This document shows positions 47,078 through 61,226 of a stretch of 64,000 bases of DNA, one piece after another. The number at the start of each line of letters is the position of its first letter. Positions within the stretch are counted from its first letter, which is position 1. Source of the stretch: Zygnema circumcarinatum SAG 698-1b (lineage: Eukaryota > Plantae > Zygnematophyceae); assembly GCA_037447605.1 (NCBI GenBank), contig CM074805.1:3133361-3197360 (forward strand), read 5' to 3'. Below the pieces are notes generated by a model, which had not been told where the DNA came from, made no database searches, and saw only the letters and a program-made list of their open reading frames with translations. Both the position numbers and the translations under genes were made by a program.

Positions 47078-49131
47078 CTACACCATGCGGTTTCGCCTCA
47101 CGATGATGTCTGTAATGTACTCCCGAGCCGGACCTGGAACGTTGAACTGTTCAAACTTCTGAAGAACGCTCTCGTGAGTAACTTGCCCATTCACACTGGC
47201 TAGTAACCTGTATCATCATCAATTGCATGCCAGCCGCGTGCATAAACAAAGCAAACACGGGTATTCAGTTTATATGAAAGTAAGAAAAATAAATGGAATT
47301 GACAAAGGTAGAGAGTGTAAACTCAGCCACAAAACGTCCCGTTTCTATCTGCATCTCCCCCCCAAAACGAGACGCAATCATGGACAGTACAGGTGTCCCT
47401 GAAGTGTGAAACAAAACATACCCATTTAGACAGGTGGTCATTTCACTGTCAATGAAGGCCTGCCGTTGGAGGCCCGCGGGGAAGAGCATAGGCAGCAGAT
47501 CCGGGTGGTTTCTCAAGGAGAACTTCTGGTGATAACCTTCAGCGAGGAAAAACTGTTTTGCAAGAGCAATTCTTGTCCTTATCGTCTTCGGGGTAAGGCT
47601 TTGCATCCTGCTTGAAGCCAACCACAGTTCAGATATAAGTGCAACCGCTTTGGCAAAAAAAAACCCTCTTCTTTTGCTCACTTTCCCCTACCTTGTCTGC
47701 GTTCAAAGACAAGAGTGAAAGGAGAAGAGGAGGGAGACAGAGTAGCATACAGCAAGCTTCACAGTCAAACCAAAGCTGGAGTCACCACACTCCCCAAATA
47801 TACCTTTCTAAAGAAGCCTCAGCCTGCTTGCGTTGGTCTTCAGTATGTACTAAGATCAGAGATGCATATTGTTGACTAACAAAACCGCGAGTGGTCGGAT
47901 CATGATTATGCCAAAATATTTTTAAGAGGTCTTCAAATGATACAACTCGTGTATTGTACTCCAGCTGCACACACTCTAAATAAACATCGCATTCTCCCAT
48001 CAGACATCGTCCAAGGGACTCTAAACGTCCTTGACGATATGTTTCTCTGAAAAAACATGTTGCCTCCGTGAATAAGTATCAACAAAGCAAAGGCTCTCAA
48101 TAGAGATGGGACTATCAAGAATTTTAACTTCATGCAGTCAGCGAGCTACAGAATTGTGCTGCCGTTTGAAAAAGGACCCTCAATGGAAAGTTAAATGTTA
48201 GCCATGAAGTCATTGCTGTGACGAGGGATGTTCAGAATGATCACAGCCAAACGTACCATATAGCTTGGTAGTTTCATTGAAAAATTAATTTAGGAATTTT
48301 CGCATCGTCTATGAATTTGAATCCAAACCACAACCAAATGGTCTCGGTTTGACACCTTGTAAATTGTCAGAAGGCTGATTTGACAGCAAACATGTGTGGT
48401 GGGATCGCACCTGTATGGTTGCCAACATAGTCGTAGTTAGGATCGCGTGAAGATCCTCCGGCATAGCCTACACTGCTCAAAGTACAAAAACAGGCAGAAG
48501 TTCCCTCAACATTGGGGCAATTGGAAAACCTTCCAACAAAAATGGCATAAATCCGAAGGCACATAGAAAGGCTCTCAAGTACTTCTTGCAAAATGTTACA
48601 ATTCGAATTCCAAAACCCAGCCCTGAAATCTTTACTCCAAACATTGAGCCAAAATATTTCGGATCTGAACAGCCATCCTGCTTCGGAATTTGCAGCGACG
48701 AGAGACCCACCGAGTACGAATGACGCCCTCAGTGGCTCCAAATAAAGCATCGGGACTCCAAAAGCAGCCCATTCCAAAGGTCGCAGTTTCCACGTTCTCA
48801 CCAAAAGCAACCGGCTCTTCGTGGAACTCTGGAAACTCGCATGCAGGAGTCGCCATTACAGTTCCATGGAGCACTCCCTCCGTCCCACACTCACCCTCAG
48901 GTGTCCTCCCACTCGCATCTCCCACTTCTACTCCATGACTGCACCGGATTGCGCCTGGAAGGCTGCTTCCCGCAGCAGAAGACGAAAGCAAGATGCAAGG
49001 AAAACGAGAGAACGAAATATTCTTTCCCTGCCTTATATTTCTTCCACATTCAATCGTTACCTGCGTTCTCTGACGCAGGCGGAGTGCAGGCAGAGCGCAG
49101 ACGGACGCTCGGCGGAGGGCGGCTGTCGCCA
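47078..49131 (-). CDS. MSRA: Peptide methionine sulfoxide reductase A with long N-terminal (transit-peptide-like) extension; multi-exon
   Basis: ATFGMGCFWSPDALFGATEGVIRTR/VGYAGGSSRDPNYDYVGNHT/ECVQLEYN..FEDLLKIFWHNHDPT..QYASLIL/FFLAEGYHQKFSL..SEMTTCLNG/..RRNRMV*. Confidence 0.92.
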
Positions 49132-49290
49132 TAGCTTCGGCAGTGCGAGGTCGACCGCCAACCAGCAAACCACGCTCTGTGCGCGAAGGTAAGGTTTCGA
49201 GGTTCGCTGACGTCAGCTTCACGGTTGTGGCGGTACGGACGGAGGGGGAGGGAGCGGCGCAGATGCCGCCGAGTGGGATGGGCACGGCCC

Positions 49291-49363
49291 GCATGGGGCA
49301 TGGGGCCATGGGGCATGGCCGCATGGGGCATGGGGCCATGGGGCATGGCCGCATGGGGCATGG
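49291..49363. repeat. 30-bp tandem repeat (about 2.4 copies) built of CATGGGG units; (CAA)8 at 49493-49516
   Basis: GCATGGGGCATGGGGCCATGGGGCATGGCC repeated, upstream of MSRA. Confidence 0.9.
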
Positions 49364-49704
49364 AGGGACGGATGGGTCTCAGGATGGCGACTGGCGAGGC
49401 CAACAGCATGGAGAACCACGAGGAATGAATGGGTCCCAGAGGACTTCAGGCTAAATAAGAAATAAGCGCTGAGCTGAAATTTGCTTGTAGGCCAACAACA
49501 ACAACAACAACAACAACACGGCTCTAGAAGCAGCCGCGAAGGTCGCCCATGTGCGGCACGTCGCGCGGAAGGGAGATGGACGGCCACCGGACGGTTCCCA
49601 ACGACCAGGGTCCGCCCAAGGAGCCTGAAGCGAGGCAACGCCGCCGGATGGGTGACGGTACTCCATTGAGGTACTTCACAGTACTCCATTGACCGTACCA
49701 CAAA

Positions 49705-49724
49705 CCAATCGGAGTTTGCCACGT
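49705..49724 (+). promoter_or_regulatory. ERSE-like composite CCAAT-N9-CCACGT(CA) in the MSRA/TRX-like 4 bidirectional spacer
   Basis: CCAAT cggagtttg CCACGTCA; the reverse strand reads TGACGTGG (UPRE-like). Confidence 0.5.
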
Positions 49725-49950
49725 CAGAACAGATTACACGTGGCACACTTGTCACCCTCTCATATGCTAACACTTGTCATCACTGCACGTGATGATGCCA
49801 GCGTGGAAGTACGGCAGGAATTTTTCGAGGACCGTACCTGTACCGTACCAAAAAATTGGAGGGCAGCAGGGCGTGCGCGAGGGGCGAGGCTGCTGGCTGG
49901 GTGCGCCTCTGTGTGCGGGTGCCTTCTCGCTTACTTGCAGGCAGGGACCT

Positions 49951-51362
49951 ATGGCGGGGGCAAGCTCTCTCGCTCCTGCCTCGTCTCTTCTGCGCTCCGC
50001 ATCCGGCACGGGTTCGAACTCAGAGCAATATATTTTTCGGAAGAAAATTGGTGTTATTGTAAATCTCTCATCTTATGGAGACGAGCTTCGTTCTCTGCGA
50101 AAAACTGTGCAGATAAGAAGAACTTGGGGTTGTACTGATTCTAGTAGAAGGTTGCTTTCTGTACTATGTTTGAGAGATCCGGAAGTAGAAAGACGGTTAC
50201 CGAGCGCAGGTTTTGCAGGAACCTCTCTTTGGAAAAGTGAGCGATTGGCCCAACTTTGTGCTGCCATTAAAATTAACCGCAGCCGAGTGGTCGAGTCTGA
50301 TTCCACGTCAGATGGTGAAGACGATCTCGAAGATCTGTGTCCTGTAGGATGCGTACGTGAAATTTTTTCTCGCGAAGAGCTTGATCAAGCCATCGCTCAC
50401 ACTGTGGAACGGAACGTCCTGCTGGTTGTGGACTTCTTTAAGACGGCATGTGGCAGCTGCAAGTATATTGAACGCGGATTCATGAAACTCTGCAAAGGCG
50501 AGGCCGAAGCGAACCATCCAGTGATTTTCTTGAAACATAATGTCAGTATTCCACAAACTTGCCTGACGTCCGTCTTTTTTGAAATTCAGGCAGTTGAAGT
50601 AAAGATGAATTCCTTCGTCTTATGTTTTGAAGCTGCAATGCCGTCACCACTGACATGCAAGCTTGCTGCACGTGATGTTTGGAGAGTTGAATATGGCTCT
50701 CCTCAGAGGAATACTTTTTCATCCCCAAAAATCTTATTCACTTTTGGATAAGATTCCTTCCACACAAGTGGTGCACAGTCACAGCCAATCAACTAGGCAG
50801 ACCTTGATAATGTCCCTAGATTCAGGGTGGAATCACTAGCTGGAGAAAGTCCTTGAAGTCAGGAGTACTTGATGTGTATGAGCGATTTAAATTCTTTGGT
50901 TGGACGATGCTATCTTGTTTCTGGGAGTCAGATGTCTCTGTGTGCGACCAGGTTTGTTAAACCTTAACTCTGGGTTCTTAAACGTCTAGGAAGAGATTTT
51001 TAAGATTTCAAAGGCCTGTTGGTTACTGACAGCTTTAGTGCTTTCAACTTGAACAGGTGATGGATGAGTATGACGAGCAATCGGAGATAGCTGAGGATTT
51101 TCGGATCAAGGTAATAAAGAAGTGCTTCTTATCACCTTTAACAGGCGTCGATGTAAGCTTGTCTCCGAGCCATGGAAGCACATTTGGTTTTGTTCAAGTG
51201 ATTGTGATTGAGATTTTGTTGTTTCTGCAGGTTGTTCCACTTTTTCATTTTTATCGAGATGGTCGCTTGGTGGATTCATTCCCGACTAGAGAAAAAAGTA
51301 AGATTTTGGAAGCCATAATGAAGTACTCCAGCTTAGACTATGTCGCAGCTCCGCCAGGATAG
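49951..51362 (+). CDS. Thioredoxin-like 4, chloroplastic (CGSC active site); three coding exons
   Basis: DLCPVGCVREI..LLVVDFFKTACGSCKYIERGFMKLCK..VIFLKHN/VMDEYDEQSEIAEDFRIK/VVPLFHFYRDGRLVDSFPTREK matches the family I recall as Arabidopsis At1g07700. There is a long transit-peptide-like N-terminus and a 5'UTR acceptor just upstream. Confidence 0.92.
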
Positions 51363-52579
51363 TAGTCAAATAAGTTGGTCCCAACAGTGTGCATCCGTGA
51401 GCCAATAAATCGTTTATTGTCTCTTCAGTGATTTTTGTATTGCTAACTTCTTTTTCAGCTGTGGGGAGTTTTTCCCTGAAGAGAAACAAGTATGGGTATA
51501 GGCCGAACAGCACTGCAAATAACTGCTTCATTCCTTCGAAGTTATCGCGATTGTGTCCACATATTTGAGTGCTTCAGTAGTCTGTAAAGTTTGCAGGGTG
51601 TGTGAATAGTTTGTACAGTACCTTGTAACTTTATATATATTGTGTATCTTGTGGCCTTTTGTGCGCTTGAGAACATGTACATTGATTCGAAGCTCTGGAT
51701 TCAGTTGCTGCTTACGTTCTAGTTCTCAACTGGAATTCAAGATCCTGCTAACGTGTGCAAAGAAAGTATCTTGCATGCAGACCGTTTTGCGAATGGATGG
51801 CTGTTTCGTGAGAGTGCTTGAAACTTTCTTGGGCGAAGGTCGTCGGACGTGCTTTCTTCCTTTCTGGGACCTTAACTAGAGCTGCTCTCTCATTGTATGT
51901 CTGAATATTGTGTCCTCACCTCAAATCTTTGAATTTCAAGAGAGGGCCTTTATTCTAGTTGTCTTAATGTTGAGCTGAGAGTGTACACAGTTTTCCACAT
52001 GGAAAAGTATGCATGTATGCATGTATGTCCACACTAACGGCGGTGGAGCATGGATACGTCTGCATGAAACATCCCAGAACACAGAGAACAGGATGCGATG
52101 GAAGTGTCGTGATGCACCAGAAATTTCTTCGACATTGCATGGAATCGAGACCTCGTGTTGTACAAAATGCTTTCGTATATATATGTAACAGTCCATCCAA
52201 CTATAGAAAGGAAAATGGCCAATACTATATGTATTTCTGCATCTTCAAAATCAGTGTTGGTGGTCTATGACTAGAGTTGCCTAGAACATGTGTGAAACAG
52301 TGGCTGAAATGCGAACACAAATCTAGGTTTGCAGAGCATGCAACCAACTCTATCCCCAAACGAGACAACCCAGTCCACAACGTATTGAAAACGTTAAAAC
52401 GAAAACAGAGCTGCGCGTCCAAAGAACCCTCCCCATCGCCACAAATGGACGCCGTCCTTGGAGTCCTGGTCCAGGACTGCGCCTGTTACCCTCGGTCGTT
52501 CGGACCCACAAGCGCCCAAAAGCCCCCCCCCACTCCCCCCCCCTCCTTCCCCCTCCGGCCCGCCGTCGCCATGGCGCGG

Positions 52580-52597
52580 AATTTCGCGCGCGAAATT
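52580..52597. promoter_or_regulatory. Palindromic double E2F-type site AATTTCGCGCGCGAAATT upstream of ANP32
   Basis: Perfect 18-bp palindrome containing TTTCGCGC on both strands (plant E2F consensus WTTSSCSS). Confidence 0.55.
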
Positions 52598-54092
52598 TGA
52601 ATCCTTCGAATGCTCTCTCGTTCGGTTCGGGCGGACCCAACTCGAGCCGAGCGCGGACCGTACCGTCCGTACGATTGGACCAGGGAACGGCGCTCGACCG
52701 GCGCCGAATCTCGGCCGTCGATCGCGATGACGCACGTGCGGGAGATCTGGCGCGCTCGCCTTGGCACCGTCGTGCAGGGGTTTAGGTTCTCACTGATAGG
52801 TTCAGGAGAGGCACTAAGGGTCCTAGGCGAGGCGTGAGAGGGGGGGAGGAGGGAGAGAGGGGGAGGGAGAGGTAGAGAGTGGGAGAGAGAGGGAGAGGGA
52901 GGAGCAGGACTGTGAGAGGCGTGGCGGACTGGGTGTAGGGGAGAGAAGAGAACTGGGACGAAAGGAGAGAGGGAGGAGACGGGAGAAGGAGGGAAAGGTA
53001 GAAGGGATGCTTATAGACCAGTCGCCGGGTACACCATATTGCGGATCAGCAGCGTTAGCTCGAGTGCGTAGTGTCTAGAGCTGCCGTAGGTTCTTGACGA
53101 TGTCCGATGTATTCTCTTGATGGCTGCCTTATGGATAGGTTCACGGCTTGACGGCACTTCATTCTCTCGTATGCAGCAGTGCTTGAAGCTTAATGTGTTG
53201 GCGAGTCTGCCCGTATTCTGGACGCGGTTGACCCAAGCCAGGCCCCTTTTATAGGTGAGGGCGTTGGCTGCCATTTTTGCAGATCTCGAGTAAGGGTTGT
53301 GGGGGGGGGGGAAGAGGAGTAAAGTGACGTTAAGAGTGGCAACAAGTTCACTGACGGAGTGGGGAGATTTTTCTGCATGAACGGCTGCCATTTCATTGGT
53401 TTGGCTTCTTAATGGTGGTAGGTCCTTATAATTTATAAAGTCTCAGTTCTGCAGACGGACAACCATTGACTGCCCATTCCAGTGGTTCGGACAATTTTAA
53501 TCAAAGAAGTTAAGACGCTGATACTCCCAATGGCTAATGAAGGCTCCCAGAATGTTATTTGCCGAGAGTGTTGCTTTCCCGCCGACTTTCTCCCTTAAGA
53601 GTACCGGAACCTCATGCGTTGATTGCTGGCTGAAAATTTGTTACTGCGGGTAAATATTATATTATTGAGACGTGAAATACATAACTACTTGTGTCGTTTC
53701 CGCCAGCCCTAGCGCTTAAGGGGGATGCTGTACTAGCTGTTTTGACCTGTCGATTTTAGTGTCTTTTCGAAGCACGATTTACGTTATCACAGGTTAATGT
53801 CTGGCTCTTAAACGGCCAAGGAATACTTCTTTTCTTGCTTTTAATGTTGCAGAGGAAGACTCACGGATTTCATATATGGTAGGGGAAGAGACAGTGTGGT
53901 AAATTAACGCTTTGGCTTTTAAACGGACTTAGTAGATGCTGTCACTACTGAGGGATTATCTCAAAATTGACCCGTAATCCTGAATTTTGTTAATGCTTTT
54001 GTGGAGATAAGTTTTCTTCCATTCATTTTGTCAAGGAGAAAATCATCGCTTGTTTTGATTAGTGTACTTGACGTTGTCCGGTTTATTTGCAG

Positions 54093-55660
54093 ATGGAAGC
54101 GTGGGAAAAAGCGGTAGAAGCAGCACGTATTGCCTCCGGCGGCTTTCCTGCAAGTTCCACGGATTCTCTCAATCTCGATTCCAAACTCAAGACCACTGTC
54201 GTTGGTCCTCTTGAAGGCTACACGACTTTGCAAGAACTCTCTCTTAGTCACGTAGGCCTGACAACATTGGAGAACTTTCCAAAGTTGCCATCATTGCGCA
54301 CACTCATTCTGAGTGACAACAGAATTGCAGGAGGTCTTGACCACTTGGTTGAAGCAGGGTTGACTCGGCTAGCCGAGTTGGACTTGAGTAACAACAGGAT
54401 ACAGTCCTTGTGTGAGATCGAGCCCATTTCTAGGTTGAACCTCAAATCCCTTGATCTGTTTGCATGCCCTGTCACAGAGATAGCAGATTATAGAGCGAAG
54501 GTATTTGGTATGATGACTTCTCTTCAGTTTTTGGACAAGAGAGACCAAGAGGATAACGAACAGGAAGAAGACGACGATGGTGACGAAGATGTAGAAGACG
54601 ACTTTGATGAAGGTGAGGGCGATGAGGAAGGTGACGAGGATGTGGATGAAGAAAGGTTGAAGGGAAGCGGGACAGTGGATGTTTTGGATGATGACGAAGA
54701 AGAGGGCGTGGAGGGCGAAGAGGAGGACGAGGACGAAGGAGAGGGTGATGAAGGAATTGAAGGCGAGGAAGACGAGGAAAGGGAAGGGCTTATAGCTGTT
54801 GGTGGAGCAGTAGAGCAAAGAAGGTTCCCTAGACAACCCGTTGGAAAAGCTGAAACGTTTGAGCAAGAAGAAGAGGATGATGTAGATGACGACGATTTTG
54901 GAGAGGAGGAAGAAGAGGAACAGAATGTGGAGGTTGAAGGTACGAAGCAAGAAGCTGGAGATGAAGTTGGAGAAGATGCAGAGGATGACGATGAGGATCC
55001 AGCTGACGCTTTTCTTTACAGTGGGGAAGGACAAGGTGGAGGTGAAGTGGATGTGGAAGAAGACTTTGGAGAGGATGGAAATAATGACAGCAATGGGGAT
55101 GAGGATGAGGATGGAGGTGTGGGCGATCAAGTGGATACGCATGCTGGAGGAATTGCCAGAGGACCAGAGGATGACGAGGAGGTACGGTCAAAGTGTTTAT
55201 TTCCTCTTGGCTGTTGGTTGTTCTTTGCTGATGGGATGGACGCTATGGAATAACGGGTTGGATTATGCTTCGATTTTGTTGAATCATGGTTCTCAATGTA
55301 CACTCGAAGTATTCCTTTTGCGACGCTTGCTTTGGAGGTTAGACACTTCTGACTGTAATAGGGTATGATCTCCATTTTCAGGACGAAGATGAGGACGAGG
55401 ACGATGGGGAAGAGGAAGACGATGACGAGAAGTACACTACAAAGTTCTTGGTCGAAGCTGTTCAAGATGACGACCATGAGGAGGTCGATTACGAGCCTGG
55501 TGAGGATGAGGATGTTGAAGATGAAGATTTTGAGGATTCGGATGAAGACGGAGACATCAATGGTGGAGTGCTTGTTGGCCCGTCTGTGTTGAAAAGGAAG
55601 AGAGATGATGGTGACACCATCGGTGAGGATGAGGACGAGGATCGGCCGCTGAAGCATTGA
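54093..55660 (+). CDS. ANP32: Acidic leucine-rich nuclear phosphoprotein 32-related protein (ANP32; LRR plus acidic tail); exons 54093-55181, 55382-55660
   Basis: MEAWEKAVEAA..LQELSLSHVGLTTLENFPKLPSLRTLILSDNRIAGGLDHL..LDLSNNRI..LDLFACPVTEIADYRAKVFGMMTSLQFLDK, followed by a long D/E tail with C-terminal NLS-like LKRKRD. The ATG follows directly after an intron acceptor. Confidence 0.95.
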
Positions 55661-56469
55661 TGAATGCTGCAGATTTTCATGTCGTTCAAAAGCTAGCTGT
55701 AGGGTTTGCGGGTTGTCGAGAACAATTCTAGCAACGCTATTGTAGGTAAAACATAGGGAAAGATGTGTGAACCAGGTCGTGCCATTGATGATCTGCAAGC
55801 CTCGCCTTCGTGTCGTCATCTTTGGCTCCCCTTTGTAAATGATGGCCACAAGACAGCGGCAGTCCCAGAGTTGTTGCCACCCCCCGCAAACATGTGGCCC
55901 GTGCATTCTATTGTGACTGGAAAAAGGCTCAACTTCTGACAGAACTTGTGGGTAAACTTGCAGCTGGCAATGGCTGTCTGCCTGCAGTAGTCCCGGTGGC
56001 TGCTCAGACAAGAGTTGGGCCGTACTGCAATGCGGCTTGGATCTTAGAACTAAGGTGTCTGCAAGCCACTAGGATCAGTTAATCGAATGGAAAAACAACC
56101 TAATACTGTAGTCCCAAAATCTCCCTACGAATCCTCAATTCACGGCATTGCTAAACCAACTGTACGAGTTGATAACGGACTTGGTAAGAATAAGAAGAAA
56201 CATTACTCTACTACCACCACTGCGTTTAGGACAACAAAAGAAAATTACCTGCAGCGAAGAGTTCGTGGGAGAGTGCCTGAACACTTGTGCACCTTTTCTG
56301 CCAAGCAGGTACTCCTTCCACGGACCGCACCAATGGTTGGTTTGACTGGACAGGTACTCGCAGTGGCCACTCAGACTGAACGGCAACGCTCGCAAAGAAC
56401 CTCGGAACGAGGATGAGCTCTTGGAACGGGGCGCCATGGAACATCTACGTCAGCGCAGAGGCTTCCGCC

Positions 56470-59715
<3,246 letters not shown>

Positions 59716-60247
59716 ATGAATTCTCTAGAACCATTCCTTCACATCTGTGAGAGAGGGGAATTGGCTCTCGTTTCGCCAGCAGGGACTCGTCAAAAAGTTT
59801 GGGTCTCACTTCGGATCGGGCAAACATTTGATTTTTCCTTTTGGAGTCTTCGACCACGTTCGCTTTGCCGGCTACCTGCCATTTCTTGGGCGCAAGACCC
59901 AGTGAACCTTTTTTTAACCTCCCGAGAATGGCCCGCCCATGTCAGCTTCAAGAGGATCTGAATTGAATTGAATCTGAGGTGATTCTTAAAGAAAGGAAAA
60001 AGTGGAGAGCGAGTAATCAAGGTGTTTGTTAGGTACGAGCGTCGGTTCAGTTCGAGCGGAAAGCGCGAGAGTGCATATGGCTGAGATGTCAAATTCATGA
60101 TTGGCATCGACGCTGCATGCCAACAAGTTGTGGAGTTTTTGCTCAACTTGTTATTGCTTGAGCATTGCAGAGGTTTCATACTTTCTTCCCATTCCGGACA
60201 ACAGAATCAGTACACGAGTCCAGCTGCGGTCTCCTACCTTCCTCACC

Positions 60248-60298
60248 AGAAAGTTATCCAGTGGATAGTTCAAAGAAAGTTATCCAGTGGATAGTTCA
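60248..60298. repeat. 26-bp tandem duplication, each unit containing a TATCCA-G-TGGATA hairpin
   Basis: AGAAAGTTATCCAGTGGATAGTTCA occurs twice. Confidence 0.85.
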
Positions 60299-61226
60299 GC
60301 GACATAGCTTGAATTTCCTAACGTCCTATTGTCAGCCCAAGAGGTCTCAGTAAGGTTAAACTGTTTCTTTGAAACCACGACTTCAGAACTCTAATGTCTA
60401 TTTGCGATCGATCAGGAATGTTTGGTGAAAACCAGCTCCTCACAAAAATCGCAACCTCTAGGTAGAAAAAGTCTACTCCAAGCTCACCACACAATTTCCT
60501 GCTTCATTGTCAGGCCAGTCATGCGGACCTGTGTGGTCTTGGTGGCATTCCGCAAAATCTGCACCTGCCACACAACGAAGCAGGTGTGTCAGTCCTATAA
60601 AGGCTAGATCTGAGACTACACGACGCACAAGGAACCGACAGGAAAAACGCAGAAAGAGGCTTTTGAGAGCGCTTGAATGGAAGGTTCAATGAGAAAATGG
60701 CAGCGTGATCTTGTCCTGCAAGTGGTCGATGGTGCTGAATTTCCGAGGGAATAAGGAATGGTGTTAGCTTGTATCAATAAGAGCTTGGGGCACTATCTAA
60801 AAGCTTGACCTACAGTTTGTCAAAGACCAGGAGAACAAACGACTAGAAGACCGCTAGGCCTTTAGACCAAGTCGGCCCACCTGCCATTAACGATGCGATT
60901 CCATATGCAAGAGACAGCAAGCTCACCTTAGAAATGCTTCCGAAGATACTGCGGCTGAGGTGACTCCCGAAATGTCGTCTGATGGCTAGCGCGCAATAAC
61001 TTTCGGCGTTGTATGATAAAGACCCAGCAATTGTACGCTAAGAAACGCAGGTCCAGTCTGAGGGAAATGTGCCTCCTTCAGCATATGTTGCATTGGGACG
61101 TATGATGGATTTTGCATCCCATAAGCGGGTTGCTAGCTTGCTGAGAGTTGTGAAAGCATCTACTAGAAATTAGTAGCCCAAAAACAAATAAGATTGGTTC
61201 TCCACAGGGTCCCTGCTTCTTGACTG

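Noticed and set aside
48764-48766. Selenoprotein MsrA as in some green algae
   Set aside because: The catalytic codon is TGC (Cys), not TGA.
48963-49060. Apparent intron in the MSRA N-terminal extension (CAG|GTAACG)
   Set aside because: None of the nearby AG acceptors keeps the frame, and the unspliced frame is open, so it was modelled as continuous coding sequence.
53011-53391. 126-aa - strand ORF and possible intronic snoRNA in the ANP32 5'UTR intron
   Set aside because: No recognisable motifs, no splice support, and no convincing C/D or H/ACA box pair.
54369-55142. 257-aa hydrophobic antisense ORF over ANP32
   Set aside because: A mirror of the GAR/GAY-rich acidic tail codons, which lack antisense stops.
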